A program made the position numbers and the translations under genes. A stretch of DNA of 64,000 nt, taken from contig JANRLW010000083.1 in the NCBI GenBank assembly GCA_033762295.1, positions 1-64,000 on the forward strand, given 5' to 3'. Below, piece by piece: positions 18,036 to 27,380 of the stretch (position 1 is its first letter; the number at the start of each line of letters is the position of its first letter). The notes under the pieces were generated by a model. The model was not told where the DNA came from, made no database searches, and saw only the letters and a program-made list of their open reading frames with translations. The DNA comes from Capsulimonadales bacterium. Lineage in GTDB: Bacteria; Armatimonadota; Armatimonadia; Armatimonadales; Armatimonadaceae.

Positions 18036-19559
18036 ATGAAAACGGCGTTCGTGGTCGGCGGTGCGCTGCTCCTTCTGGGGACGGTCGCCGGATCGATCGT
18101 TTCGGGACGCGGCATACCGCGTTTCCTTTCCCCGCTCAACGGTCCGCCGACCGAAAAAGTGCTGATTGTTGAGGGACGGCGGGAGCCGTCCGAAGCCGTG
18201 GTCGGACGGCGGGCGATGAAATACCTGCCGTTCGACGTGCCCGAAGGGGTAACGCGCCTGGTCATTCGCAAGGAGTTCGATCATGGCGCGGACCCCGACC
18301 GGCGCAATACGGTCGACATGGGGCTGTTCGATCCGCGCGGCGGCGATGCGACGAAGGGCGAACCGAACGCCGCCGGATTCCGTGGCTGGCAGGGCGGCGT
18401 CCCGAACGATCTGGTGGTGGCGGCGACCCCCGATGCCTGCTCGCCGCACGCGATCCCCGGATATCTTCCCGCCGGACGCTGGCATATCGCCCAGTACTTC
18501 CTGAAATCCTCCCCGTCCGGACTGGGCTATCGTTACACGATCACCCTCTCCTTCGACGGAGCGACGCCGAAAAAGGGCAACGCGCCGATCCCTGCATACG
18601 AACCGGGTATCCTTCGTCCCGACGCCGGATGGTACGTGGGCAACCTGCACAGCCACACGGTGCATTCGGATGGCGGACGTACCCTGGAGGACCTGGTAAC
18701 GCGCAGCGAGAGCAAAGGCTTCGATTTCCTCGCCGTCACCGACCATAACTCCCCGGCGACGCACTATCATTTCGCGGCGGTCGGTCGGGCGCACCCGAAC
18801 CACCTGCTGCTGATGGGCAACGAGTTTACCTCGCCGGGCGGCCATGCCAACATCCTGAACCAGAAACCGGGCCACTTTTTCGATTTTCGCTTCGATCCGG
18901 GCGAGGGTCGTCTGCCGGCGGTGATCGAGGAGGCCCACCGTCAGCAGGCCCTGTTTATGGTGAACCATCCGTTCGCTCCCTGCACCTCCTGCCCGTGGAT
19001 CTACCCGACGTCGGAATGGGACCGGGCGGACGCGATCGAAGTCTGGAACGGGCCATGGACGCCCGATGACCGACGGGCGGTCGACCTGTGGGATCGGCTG
19101 CTGAAGCAGGGGCGACGGCTGCACGCCTTCGGCGGTACCGACTACCACCGGGGCGAGGACGCGATGATACCGGCCGTTCGTGTGTTCGCCGCCAATCTGT
19201 CGCGAAAGGCGGTAATGGAGGGGCTGACGAAAGGGCGGGTCACTCTCTCGGAGACGCCGCAGGGACCGACCCTGAGCCTGACCGACGCCCGCGGTACGGC
19301 GCTGCCCGGCGCGACCCTTCGGACCCGGCAGGGCGAAACGATCCCCATCGAGGTTCGGGTGACCGGTGGAATGGGCAAACGTTTGCGACTGATCCGCAGC
19401 GACGGCGAAACGACCCGGCAGGTGACAACGGACGAGGAACGGATCTCTCTGACAATTCCGGCCCCGGCGGGTTCGGGGTACGTTCGAGCGGAACTGACCG
19501 GGGAGGACGGGCGAATGCTCGCCCTCACAAATCCGCTGTATCTGGTATCCGGTCGGTAA
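18036..19559 (+). CDS. Secreted PHP-domain metallohydrolase (CehA/McbA-like)
   Basis: N-terminal hydrophobic segment; GNLHSHTVHSDG, TDHN, GNE, GHAN, NHP, GGTDYH. Confidence 0.85.
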   Translation: MKTAFVVGGALLLLGTVAGSIVSGRGIPRFLSPLNGPPTEKVLIVEGRREPSEAVVGRRAMKYLPFDVPEGVTRLVIRKEFDHGADPDRRNTVDMGLFDPRGGDATKGEPNAAGFRGWQGGVPNDLVVAATPDACSPHAIPGYLPAGRWHIAQYFLKSSPSGLGYRYTITLSFDGATPKKGNAPIPAYEPGILRPDAGWYVGNLHSHTVHSDGGRTLEDLVTRSESKGFDFLAVTDHNSPATHYHFAAVGRAHPNHLLLMGNEFTSPGGHANILNQKPGHFFDFRFDPGEGRLPAVIEEAHRQQALFMVNHPFAPCTSCPWIYPTSEWDRADAIEVWNGPWTPDDRRAVDLWDRLLKQGRRLHAFGGTDYHRGEDAMIPAVRVFAANLSRKAVMEGLTKGRVTLSETPQGPTLSLTDARGTALPGATLRTRQGETIPIEVRVTGGMGKRLRLIRSDGETTRQVTTDEERISLTIPAPAGSGYVRAELTGEDGRMLALTNPLYLVSGR

Positions 19560-19610
19560 CATCGCCGGTAACCGCTTCGATGCGGCGACCGGGAGCGGTC
19601 CCCGACGGAG

Positions 19611-20048
19611 CTAATGAAAGGCTTTGTCGAGCTGAAGGGCGGCGGTAAAGAACGCTCCGAACCGTCGGCAGGCGTCGGCGATATCCCGTGGCAGTCCCGT
19701 TTCCGGTTCGACGGACACGAACCAGGAGCGGCCACCGCTCGTCTCGCAGGCCGCGATATGGAGCTTACCGATACCTTTCGGAACGTCGCAGTTCAGGGAA
19801 TCGAGGGTGATCATTTCGCACTCCATCTCCCGGAGTTGGCCGTTCGCATCGCCGGCGGCGGCGAGCGGCACCAGGGCGAAATCCGGGAGGCCGTCGAGCT
19901 GTTCGAGCACGCCCGGCTTGCCGCAACGGATTTGATACCAGAGGGTTCGGCATCGCCAGACCAGGGACGCGGATACCTCCTCCCCGTTTCGTTTGTGCGA
20001 CGATCGAGACTCGCTATTCCCATCCGCCCAGTATCGGCGTGTTTCCAT
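19611..20048 (-). CDS. Hypothetical protein
   Basis: Most protein-like ORF filling the gap; no motif recognised. Confidence 0.45.
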   Translation of the reverse strand: METRRYWADGNSESRSSHKRNGEEVSASLVWRCRTLWYQIRCGKPGVLEQLDGLPDFALVPLAAAGDANGQLREMECEMITLDSLNCDVPKGIGKLHIAACETSGGRSWFVSVEPETGLPRDIADACRRFGAFFTAALQLDKAFH

Positions 20049-20271
20049 GCATCCGTGCAGACCGCGCGGCCGGTCTGCGCTCCTTCCCCAAGATCCGTTC
20101 TCTCAACCGGAACGTCGACTACTTTATACACGGAAACGAACGTATGTAAACCGAATCTTTACCCATAAAAATACGGTATTTCCGTGAAAAAAGACGCAAA
20201 TGCAAAAGAAACCGTAGTGTTACGGGGCGTTTGCGCCGGGGAGGGAGAGGGGCGGAGGGGAAGGACGCCGA

Positions 20272-20484
20272 TTATTTTTCCGACGGTTTCGCGTCGGTCG
20301 TCTTGCTTTCGGACGGTTCCTCGGCGCCGTTCATCGTTTTTTTCAACTCCCGAATGCCTTCGCCGACCCCTTTCGCAAGTTCGGGAATCTTGCTGCCGCC
20401 GAACAGCAACAGCGCGATGACCGCGACAATCATCCAGTCCTGCGTGGAGGAAATAAACGCGAAGGTCAAGGGTAAACCGGACAT
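20272..20484 (-). CDS. tatA: Twin-arginine translocase TatA/E subunit
   Basis: TM helix + LLFGGSKIPELAKGVGEGIRELKK; RBS AGGAG. Confidence 0.92.
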   Translation of the reverse strand: MSGLPLTFAFISSTQDWMIVAVIALLLFGGSKIPELAKGVGEGIRELKKTMNGAEEPSESKTTDAKPSEK

Positions 20485-20545
20485 AATGCTCTCCTGACGC
20501 GAAAGTGCGCCTCCCCCATTATAGCGCGTCCGGCGGCGACGGCGC

Positions 20546-21868
20546 TCAACGGGATGGGATGGCCTCCCCCGACGCGGACGATTCCGTCGACGGGTCGCGG
20601 AAGGTAAACAGGTAGGCCAGGGCGCAGATCAATGTCAGCGCCGTCGGCAGGATGAAGACCGGAACCCAGTTCGTCTGACCGTTCTTCGTAAAGTACTCCA
20701 TGACCCGCCCGCAGAATTCGCTCCCGAGCCAGTTGCCCAGTCCGAGCGTGATCAGGTTCAGCAGGGCCTGCGCGCTCGAACGAATGTCCTTCGGAGCCAC
20801 CCGATCGACATACAACTGCTGGCCGACGATGACGAACGCATAGCCGAACCCGTGCAGACCGAGCGACGCGACGACCAGCCAGGCGGGCTGGCCGATCGCA
20901 AAGATCAGGTACCGCAGAGGCCAGGCGAAACTGCCGAGCAGCAAACACCATTTCATACCCTTGCGCGGCAGGAAGTAGGGAAGCAAAATCGCCATCGCCA
21001 CGATCTCCGCCCACTGGCTGATCGACTTGACCGGCGAAACCCATTCATGCGGAATATTGGTGAAGACGCCGGATTCCAGGAACGGGCCGGAGAGGAGGTA
21101 GTAAAACTGGAACTCGGTCGCCGCGATGAAGGAGACGATCATGAAGGCGGTGAAGCCGGGCACCGTGCGGAACAGTCCGAACGCCTTGCGGAAGGCGAGC
21201 GGGTCCGTCGTTTCGCCGGAGACACGGGCGGTCGGCGGGGTGTTCGGCAGGAGCAGGGAGTAGATCGCCATCACGACCCCCGCAAGCGCCGCCAGCTGCA
21301 TCTCCGGGATCGCGCCGGTTTTTCCGGTTTTATCCGCGTTCGTCAGATTCATAAACACGGGAAGCAGGAACGAGACGGCGATCCACCCGATCGTTCCGGC
21401 CGTTCGAATCCAGGCGAACTCCCGTTCACGCTCCCCTTCGGTCCCGCCCGTACGCTCGATATGATGGAACGCGATCGCATTGGTCACGGCAAGCGTCGGC
21501 ATGAACAGCAGCGACCAGATGCCGATCCAGAGCATGATGCTTTCCGCGCCGGTCTGAAGCGACAGAATCCAGGCGGCGCCGGCGGCCAGCAGATGCGACG
21601 CGGCCAGAAACCACTGGCCGGGCATGAAACGGTCCGCGATCTGCCCGCCGAAGAAGGGCGCGGCGATACAGGCCAGCCACATAATCCCGTAAATCGTTCC
21701 GATCTGGGTGCCCGGAATCCCGCGATTGGTCAGAGTCGCGGACAGAATCGGCATCCATGCACCCCAGACCGCATACTCCAGAAACATCATCGCGGACAAT
21801 CGGACCCGCAGGTCGGTGCGCGATACCCCGGCCGCCTCCGGAACGTCACTCAAACTCGCACTGCTCAT
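20546..21868 (-). CDS. MFS transporter, nucleoside:H+ symporter (NupG/XapB/YegT) family
   Basis: LSAMMFLEYAVWGAW, GQIADRF, IRTAGTIGWI, SQWAEI, LHG, YVD..AP..IRSSAQ. Confidence 0.85.
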   Translation of the reverse strand: MSSASLSDVPEAAGVSRTDLRVRLSAMMFLEYAVWGAWMPILSATLTNRGIPGTQIGTIYGIMWLACIAAPFFGGQIADRFMPGQWFLAASHLLAAGAAWILSLQTGAESIMLWIGIWSLLFMPTLAVTNAIAFHHIERTGGTEGEREREFAWIRTAGTIGWIAVSFLLPVFMNLTNADKTGKTGAIPEMQLAALAGVVMAIYSLLLPNTPPTARVSGETTDPLAFRKAFGLFRTVPGFTAFMIVSFIAATEFQFYYLLSGPFLESGVFTNIPHEWVSPVKSISQWAEIVAMAILLPYFLPRKGMKWCLLLGSFAWPLRYLIFAIGQPAWLVVASLGLHGFGYAFVIVGQQLYVDRVAPKDIRSSAQALLNLITLGLGNWLGSEFCGRVMEYFTKNGQTNWVPVFILPTALTLICALAYLFTFRDPSTESSASGEAIPSR

Positions 21869-22033
21869 CGCTTTCGGCTGCTCCTTACCACCTGAACCAT
21901 TGTTCGCTTCCGGCCCGAAAACTCCTTCCGGGGCCGAACTCGACTTCGCCCCCGGAGATTTATGCGCGTCCGTTCCGGGTTCCCGTTTCCTGGTGGCGGG
22001 GTATACTGCCGAAAAACCCCACAGGAAGATTTA

Positions 22034-23842
22034 ATGGAACCCGGAACAAGCCTCCCCCGACGGCAGGAGATGGATGCCGCCTATCAGTGGAATGCCGAGA
22101 GCGTCTTTCCGACCCGCGATGACTGGCGGACGGAGGCGGAGCAATGGAGCGCGGACCTGCCCGTATTGGACACGTTCCGTGGTCGACTCAGCGAATCTCC
22201 GACGGTGCTGGCCGACGCGTTCGACCGGATGCAGGCTCTGGTGGCGCGGCTTGCCCGACTCCGCGTCTACGCCGGAATGGCGTCCAGCGTCGATACCGAT
22301 GACCCGGAAGCCCTCGGACTGCGTGGACTCTCCATGACCCTGACCGCCCGGTACCTCGCGGCCGCCGCCTTTGTCGATCCCGAACTGATCGCTCTGGGCG
22401 CGGAGACGCTGACCGCGTGGCGCGCACGCGAACCCCGCCTCGCCTTCCTGGAACCCTATTGCGATAACCTCTTTCGCCTGCAGAAGCACGTCCGTTCCGC
22501 CGAGGTCGAAGCCGTGCTGGGCATGGCGAACGATCCGCTGATGGCGATCGGCAACATCTACGGGCAGTTGACCGACGCCGACCTGGACTTCCCGCCCGCC
22601 GTTACCGAAACCGGCGCCCGGTTCGAGGTCGCCCAGAGTACGATCGAGGGAACCAAACACAGCCCGGATCGCGAACTGCGCCGCACCGCCTGGGAAAGCT
22701 ATTCCGACGAGTACCTGGCCCACAAAAAGACCCTCTCCGCCGCGCTGATCGCCTCCTACAAAGCCGATGTCTTTCTGGCGCGCGCGCGTCACTACCCGAC
22801 CGCGCTGGACGCGTCGCTCTTCCGCAACAACGTTCCCCGGGCCGTCTACGACAACCTGATCGAGACCTTCCGTAAAAACCTGCCGACCTGGCACCGTTAC
22901 TGGCGCATCCGGCGAAAGGCGCTGGGCGTCGAGACGCTCTATCCGTACGACATCTGGGCGCCGTTGACCCCGAACAAGCCGACCGTGCCGTACGAGCAGG
23001 CCGTGGAGTGGATCGCGGCCGGAATGGCCCCCCTCGGCGAGGAGTACGTGAACGTCCTGCGGCGCGGCTGCGGTGACGAACGCTGGGTCGATGTCTATCC
23101 GAACCAGGGCAAGACGCAGGGAGCGTTTTCGTCCGGCGCGAAGGGAACGCATCCCTTCATCATGATGAGCTACACCGACGACCTGGAGAGCATGAGTACG
23201 CTCGCTCACGAACTCGGTCACTCGATGCACTCCTATTTCACGCGCGGAACGCAGCCCGCTCTCTACGCGAACTACAGCATGTTCGTCGCCGAGACGGCGT
23301 CCAACTTCAACCAGGCGCTCACCCGCGCCTACCTGTTCCGGGAAAACGCCGACCGCGATTTCCAAATCTCGCTGATTGAGGAAGCGATGAGCAACTTCCA
23401 TCGCTACTTCTTCATCATGCCAACCCTGGCGCGATTCGAACTGGAGATACACACGCGCGTCGAAGCCGGAAAAACCCCGACGGCGGAGGAGATGATCGAG
23501 TACTGCGCCGACCTGTTCGAAGAGGGCTACGGCGGAGAGATGGGCGGGGACCGCCAGCGGATCGGAATCACGTTCGCGCAATTCCGCCACCTCTTCATGG
23601 CGTACTACGTCTTCAACTACGCCACCGGGCTGTCGGCGGCGCATGCGATCTCGAAGCGTATCCTCGATGGCGTTCCGGGCGCGGTCGAATCTTATCTGAC
23701 GGCGCTTCGCGCCGGCAACACCGTCTATCCGGTCGAGACCCTCGATATCGCCGGAATCGACATGCGAACGCCGGAACCGGTGGAACAGACATTCGCCATT
23801 CTCGCCGACATGGTCGATCGCCTCGAAACGCTGACCGCCTGA
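22034..23842 (+). CDS. pepF: Oligoendopeptidase F (M3B)
   Basis: WVDVYPNQGKTQGAFS, TLAHELGHSMHS (HEXXH), FVAETAS. Confidence 0.93.
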   Translation: MEPGTSLPRRQEMDAAYQWNAESVFPTRDDWRTEAEQWSADLPVLDTFRGRLSESPTVLADAFDRMQALVARLARLRVYAGMASSVDTDDPEALGLRGLSMTLTARYLAAAAFVDPELIALGAETLTAWRAREPRLAFLEPYCDNLFRLQKHVRSAEVEAVLGMANDPLMAIGNIYGQLTDADLDFPPAVTETGARFEVAQSTIEGTKHSPDRELRRTAWESYSDEYLAHKKTLSAALIASYKADVFLARARHYPTALDASLFRNNVPRAVYDNLIETFRKNLPTWHRYWRIRRKALGVETLYPYDIWAPLTPNKPTVPYEQAVEWIAAGMAPLGEEYVNVLRRGCGDERWVDVYPNQGKTQGAFSSGAKGTHPFIMMSYTDDLESMSTLAHELGHSMHSYFTRGTQPALYANYSMFVAETASNFNQALTRAYLFRENADRDFQISLIEEAMSNFHRYFFIMPTLARFELEIHTRVEAGKTPTAEEMIEYCADLFEEGYGGEMGGDRQRIGITFAQFRHLFMAYYVFNYATGLSAAHAISKRILDGVPGAVESYLTALRAGNTVYPVETLDIAGIDMRTPEPVEQTFAILADMVDRLETLTA

Positions 23843-23849
23843 AAAAGCC

Positions 23850-23879
23850 TGCCCCCTCTCCCCGGCGGGAGAGGGGGCA
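23850..23879. terminator. Stem-loop between convergent genes
   Basis: 13-bp stem TGCCCCCTCTCCC / GGGAGAGGGGGCA. Confidence 0.7.
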
Positions 23880-23890
23880 AAGGCCGTACG

Positions 23891-26308
23891 TTACGGGAAC
23901 CGGGGCAGGGGAACACCGCCGGGGATCTTCAGCTTGCGCCGCAGGTCATCGGGAAGGTCCAGCACCTTCTGCAGTTCGGGCGGCATGAAGTTGGCGATTC
24001 GGGTGCTCAACTGGGCGTTGGTCAGGTAGCGCACCGCCTGCTCGAGGTTGGGCGTGATATCCCGCGCGTCGCCGAAGTAGCCCTCCGACGCCGCCAGGAG
24101 CGCGGCCTGTTTCGGACCGCTCGCGCCCTGCGCCCTCTGTCGGTAGATCGAGGCCAGCGACAGGTTCAGTGCGGCCACTTCGGTGGGATCGGACGCCGCG
24201 CCCCGGTTGGCGTTGGCCGACTCGTACTCCTTCTGCGCCTCCGGCGCTTTATCCTGAAGGTGATAGCAGTAGGCCAGTTCGCGATGCGCCTCGTAGTACT
24301 CCGGTCGCAGGCGCAACGCTTCCTTGAGTTCCGCCACCGCGCGATCCAGTTCCGTCTTTCGGGCGTTCTCGTCCCGGATGTGCAGGGCGAAGAACCGAAT
24401 CCCATAGCCCATTCCGTAGTGGTTTGCCGGATCGTTCGGACCGAAAAGCAATGCCTTGCCGAACGCCGCCAGCGCCGTCTCCTGATTCTTGCCGCCGCTG
24501 TCGGTCGCCATCAGAGCGAATCCGAGCGCCCGCTGCGCCTCCGGGGCGTTGGCATCCAGCCGGACGGCCTCCTCGGCAGCGCGTCGGGCCAGGATGGCAG
24601 CGTCCTTCCAGTCCTTCGGAACGAGGTAGGTCGCCGGTCCGCCGCTGAAATCCTCGTCCTTGCCTTTTTCGTTTTTGTCCCCCTTGTTGAGCAGGCCGCC
24701 GAGAAGACCACCCTTCTTCTTTGGTTTGTCGGTCGAACCCGACGTGCGTAACGGAGCCTCCTTCAGGGAGAGTTCGGCATAGGCGACGGAGAGCAGCGAA
24801 AGCCCATGGGCGGTCGCCGGGGTTTTCGTTACCATCTGCGTCAGCGTCTCGATCGCCGTGCGCGGATTGCCACGTCGTCGGCGCAGGTCCGCAAGACGCT
24901 CGTAGGCCGGGACGAACGACGGGTCGGACTGCAAAACGGCGGTGTATCCTGCCTCGGCCACCTCCCACTGCTGTCGGCTTTCGGCATCCAGGGCACGGCG
25001 ATACATCTCGGGCAGAACGTTTTCGCCGGATGCGCCGCGTGCGTCCGGCGTCGGGCTGACCGTCAGGAGCAGGTCGTAACCGGCCAGTGCGGTAAACTCG
25101 CGCTCCAGTGGCGCGTAGCCGGGCGCTTCGATCTTCAGGGTATGACGGCCCACCGAGGATATCGGAACGGTCAGGGGTGCGGCGCCCATGCGCTGGTTAT
25201 CGAGAAGGACCTGGGCTCCCGGCGGGTTGGCGAGCACGATAACCCGGGGCGGCGGCGCCTGGGCCGGAGCCGGAGGCAGCGGCTTTTTCACCCGCATCAG
25301 AATGATCGGGTCGGTCAGGTCGCTCGCCACGAACTCCGGCGTCTGTTCCACCTCGAAATCGCCCTTTTCCGATGCCTGCTTCGCCCATCCGCCCACCTTC
25401 TGGCGGACGTAACCCGCGAGAACGCCCATATCGATCGCGCCGTCGGGTCTGCGCGCGGCGGCGGCGGTCCGAATCCCGTCCAGAATCCAGTAGGTGAAAA
25501 CCCCGTGGTTCAGGGCGGGGTCCTCGAAAGCCCGCTGTCCGATACTGCAGGCGAAGAAACTGGCGGACGCCGCCGGGCGGTTCGGGTCCTCGGAGACGAT
25601 ACGGACGCCCCGGCTCAGGACATCGCTCATCGTGTTACCCTTGATGCCGCGGCCGGGGGTCGGGTCTTCGCGGCAGGCATCGACGAAGACGACGAACTGT
25701 CGGGCCGGTAATTTGCCCAGTTTGTCACTGAGTGTGCGCAGGTTGACGGCGGACGAATCGAGCGAGGGCGTCGTCAATCCCTTCGTATCGGTGGGCAGAA
25801 GGTAGCTCTTCGCTTCCGCGCCGGCTCCCTTGGCAACGCCATGGCCGGCCAGAAACAGCACCACCTGATCTCCCGGGCGGACATTCGGCGTCAGAAAGGT
25901 ATCGACCGCGGCCAGGATCCCGGCGGCGGTCGCCTGATCGTCGGTCAGCAGGTGAACGTTCGCGGCGGGGATACCGCCCAGTTCCTTATCGACCAGCGCA
26001 TCGCGGATGCCGGTCGCATCGGCGGCCGGGTAGCGAAGCGTGGCGATCTGCGGGTTGCGGTACTTACTGACACCGACGAGCAGCGCCCAGATACGGCCGG
26101 ATTCGGCGCTGGCGGTCGGCGCGGTCCCGGGGGCATCCGTCGTTTCCGTCGGTTTGGGTTTGGGTGCGGGTTTGGACGCCGGTTTCGTAGCGGGAACGGT
26201 CGCCGGTTTGGGCGCGGGCTTTTTGCTCCCCTGAGCGAAGACGGGGGCGGATGCGAGAAGGCTGCCGCACAACAGGGCCATCCCGGCGGTAATTCGGTGA
26301 TTTCGCAT
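23891..26308 (-). CDS. Secreted caspase-family (C14) peptidase with PEGA and TPR domains
   Basis: Signal peptide ending VFA-Q; ALLVGVSKY, FLAGHG and DACR catalytic dyad, HGVFT; PEGA-like ANPPGAQVLLD; TPR helices. Confidence 0.9.
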   Translation of the reverse strand: MRNHRITAGMALLCGSLLASAPVFAQGSKKPAPKPATVPATKPASKPAPKPKPTETTDAPGTAPTASAESGRIWALLVGVSKYRNPQIATLRYPAADATGIRDALVDKELGGIPAANVHLLTDDQATAAGILAAVDTFLTPNVRPGDQVVLFLAGHGVAKGAGAEAKSYLLPTDTKGLTTPSLDSSAVNLRTLSDKLGKLPARQFVVFVDACREDPTPGRGIKGNTMSDVLSRGVRIVSEDPNRPAASASFFACSIGQRAFEDPALNHGVFTYWILDGIRTAAAARRPDGAIDMGVLAGYVRQKVGGWAKQASEKGDFEVEQTPEFVASDLTDPIILMRVKKPLPPAPAQAPPPRVIVLANPPGAQVLLDNQRMGAAPLTVPISSVGRHTLKIEAPGYAPLEREFTALAGYDLLLTVSPTPDARGASGENVLPEMYRRALDAESRQQWEVAEAGYTAVLQSDPSFVPAYERLADLRRRRGNPRTAIETLTQMVTKTPATAHGLSLLSVAYAELSLKEAPLRTSGSTDKPKKKGGLLGGLLNKGDKNEKGKDEDFSGGPATYLVPKDWKDAAILARRAAEEAVRLDANAPEAQRALGFALMATDSGGKNQETALAAFGKALLFGPNDPANHYGMGYGIRFFALHIRDENARKTELDRAVAELKEALRLRPEYYEAHRELAYCYHLQDKAPEAQKEYESANANRGAASDPTEVAALNLSLASIYRQRAQGASGPKQAALLAASEGYFGDARDITPNLEQAVRYLTNAQLSTRIANFMPPELQKVLDLPDDLRRKLKIPGGVPLPRFP

Positions 26309-26396
26309 AATCTCTCTTGCTATCGATCCCGGTCAGGGACCGACGGACTCTACGGATGGGATTTGTGTATGGGAAGACGGGTATGGAGTCGTGTCG

Positions 26397-27329
26397 CTAC
26401 GGGGTAGCGCTGGCGACTCCGATCGGAGCGGACCCGGTTCGCAGCAACTGGGCGTACCGACTGATCCGGGCATAGATGTCGTCCTGCGCCTCCCGGATAC
26501 CGACCTGTCGTTCGAGTTCGGGGCGTTCCAGGATTTCCAGCGTTCGCTCCAGCGCCCCGTACTCGGCGTAGAGTTCCGCCAGCAGAACGAGGTGCGTCAC
26601 ATTATCCGCTGCCTTCGCCTGCTCCTCGATCTCCCTGGCCTGGGCGGTAAGCTGCGCCGCGTCGGCGGCGGAGAGGAAGGTCAGAACTCCCCACCGGGAT
26701 TCGGGCAGCGGCTTGCCGCTTTCGGCGAACGGCACCAGACGCCAGACATAGGGGCGGCGCAAGGCGAAGTAGGGCAGGTCCGCCGGGTACTCCGAAGCGG
26801 GGGCGGTCACTCGCTGACTCCAGACGATATTGTCATGGCTGTCAAAGAGCGTGAACGTGTAGGAGACGGCCTTCGCGACCGGCGTCCAGGTGAAGCGACG
26901 CTCGCCTTCGGTCAGCCAGCCGGGGTAGGTGGGGAGAAGCCGCTGATGAGCCTGCGCCGGGCGGGCGAAGAAGCCGTTGGGCCGGTCGCCGGCCATGTTG
27001 CGGGCAACCTGTATCCCCGCCCCGCGCAGACCGGTCACCTTTTGCGCACCCTTGACACCTTTCGCTTCCAGCGTCACCGTCGTACCCGCCGCCACCCGAC
27101 ACTGTTCCGCCGTGGCGAAGACCGTGAGGATAACCTCGCCGTCCGGACCGCAGCGAACGCTGTCTCCCGCTTCCAGTCGGTTCATCAGGCGCAGCGGTTT
27201 CCATTCGCTCCCGGAGGCGGGACGCATTTCGGCTTTACCGGTCAGGTGGGTCACCATGCCCACGGGCGCACCGTACACGGTCGGCAGCCAACCCAGCAAC
27301 AGAACGAGAACACCAATCCATCGTTTCAT
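26397..27329 (-). CDS. Secreted protein (FecR-like N-terminal beta region + DUF928-like domain + helical tail)
   Basis: Signal peptide; VGMVTHLTG...L..GD.V; FTWTPV...Y.F.L.D...YPADLP...Y.W. Confidence 0.6.
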   Translation of the reverse strand: MKRWIGVLVLLLGWLPTVYGAPVGMVTHLTGKAEMRPASGSEWKPLRLMNRLEAGDSVRCGPDGEVILTVFATAEQCRVAAGTTVTLEAKGVKGAQKVTGLRGAGIQVARNMAGDRPNGFFARPAQAHQRLLPTYPGWLTEGERRFTWTPVAKAVSYTFTLFDSHDNIVWSQRVTAPASEYPADLPYFALRRPYVWRLVPFAESGKPLPESRWGVLTFLSAADAAQLTAQAREIEEQAKAADNVTHLVLLAELYAEYGALERTLEILERPELERQVGIREAQDDIYARISRYAQLLRTGSAPIGVASATP

Positions 27330-27380
27330 AGGATAAAACCTGTGATTCTTGAACATCGTACTATGAGAGTGTACACATGT

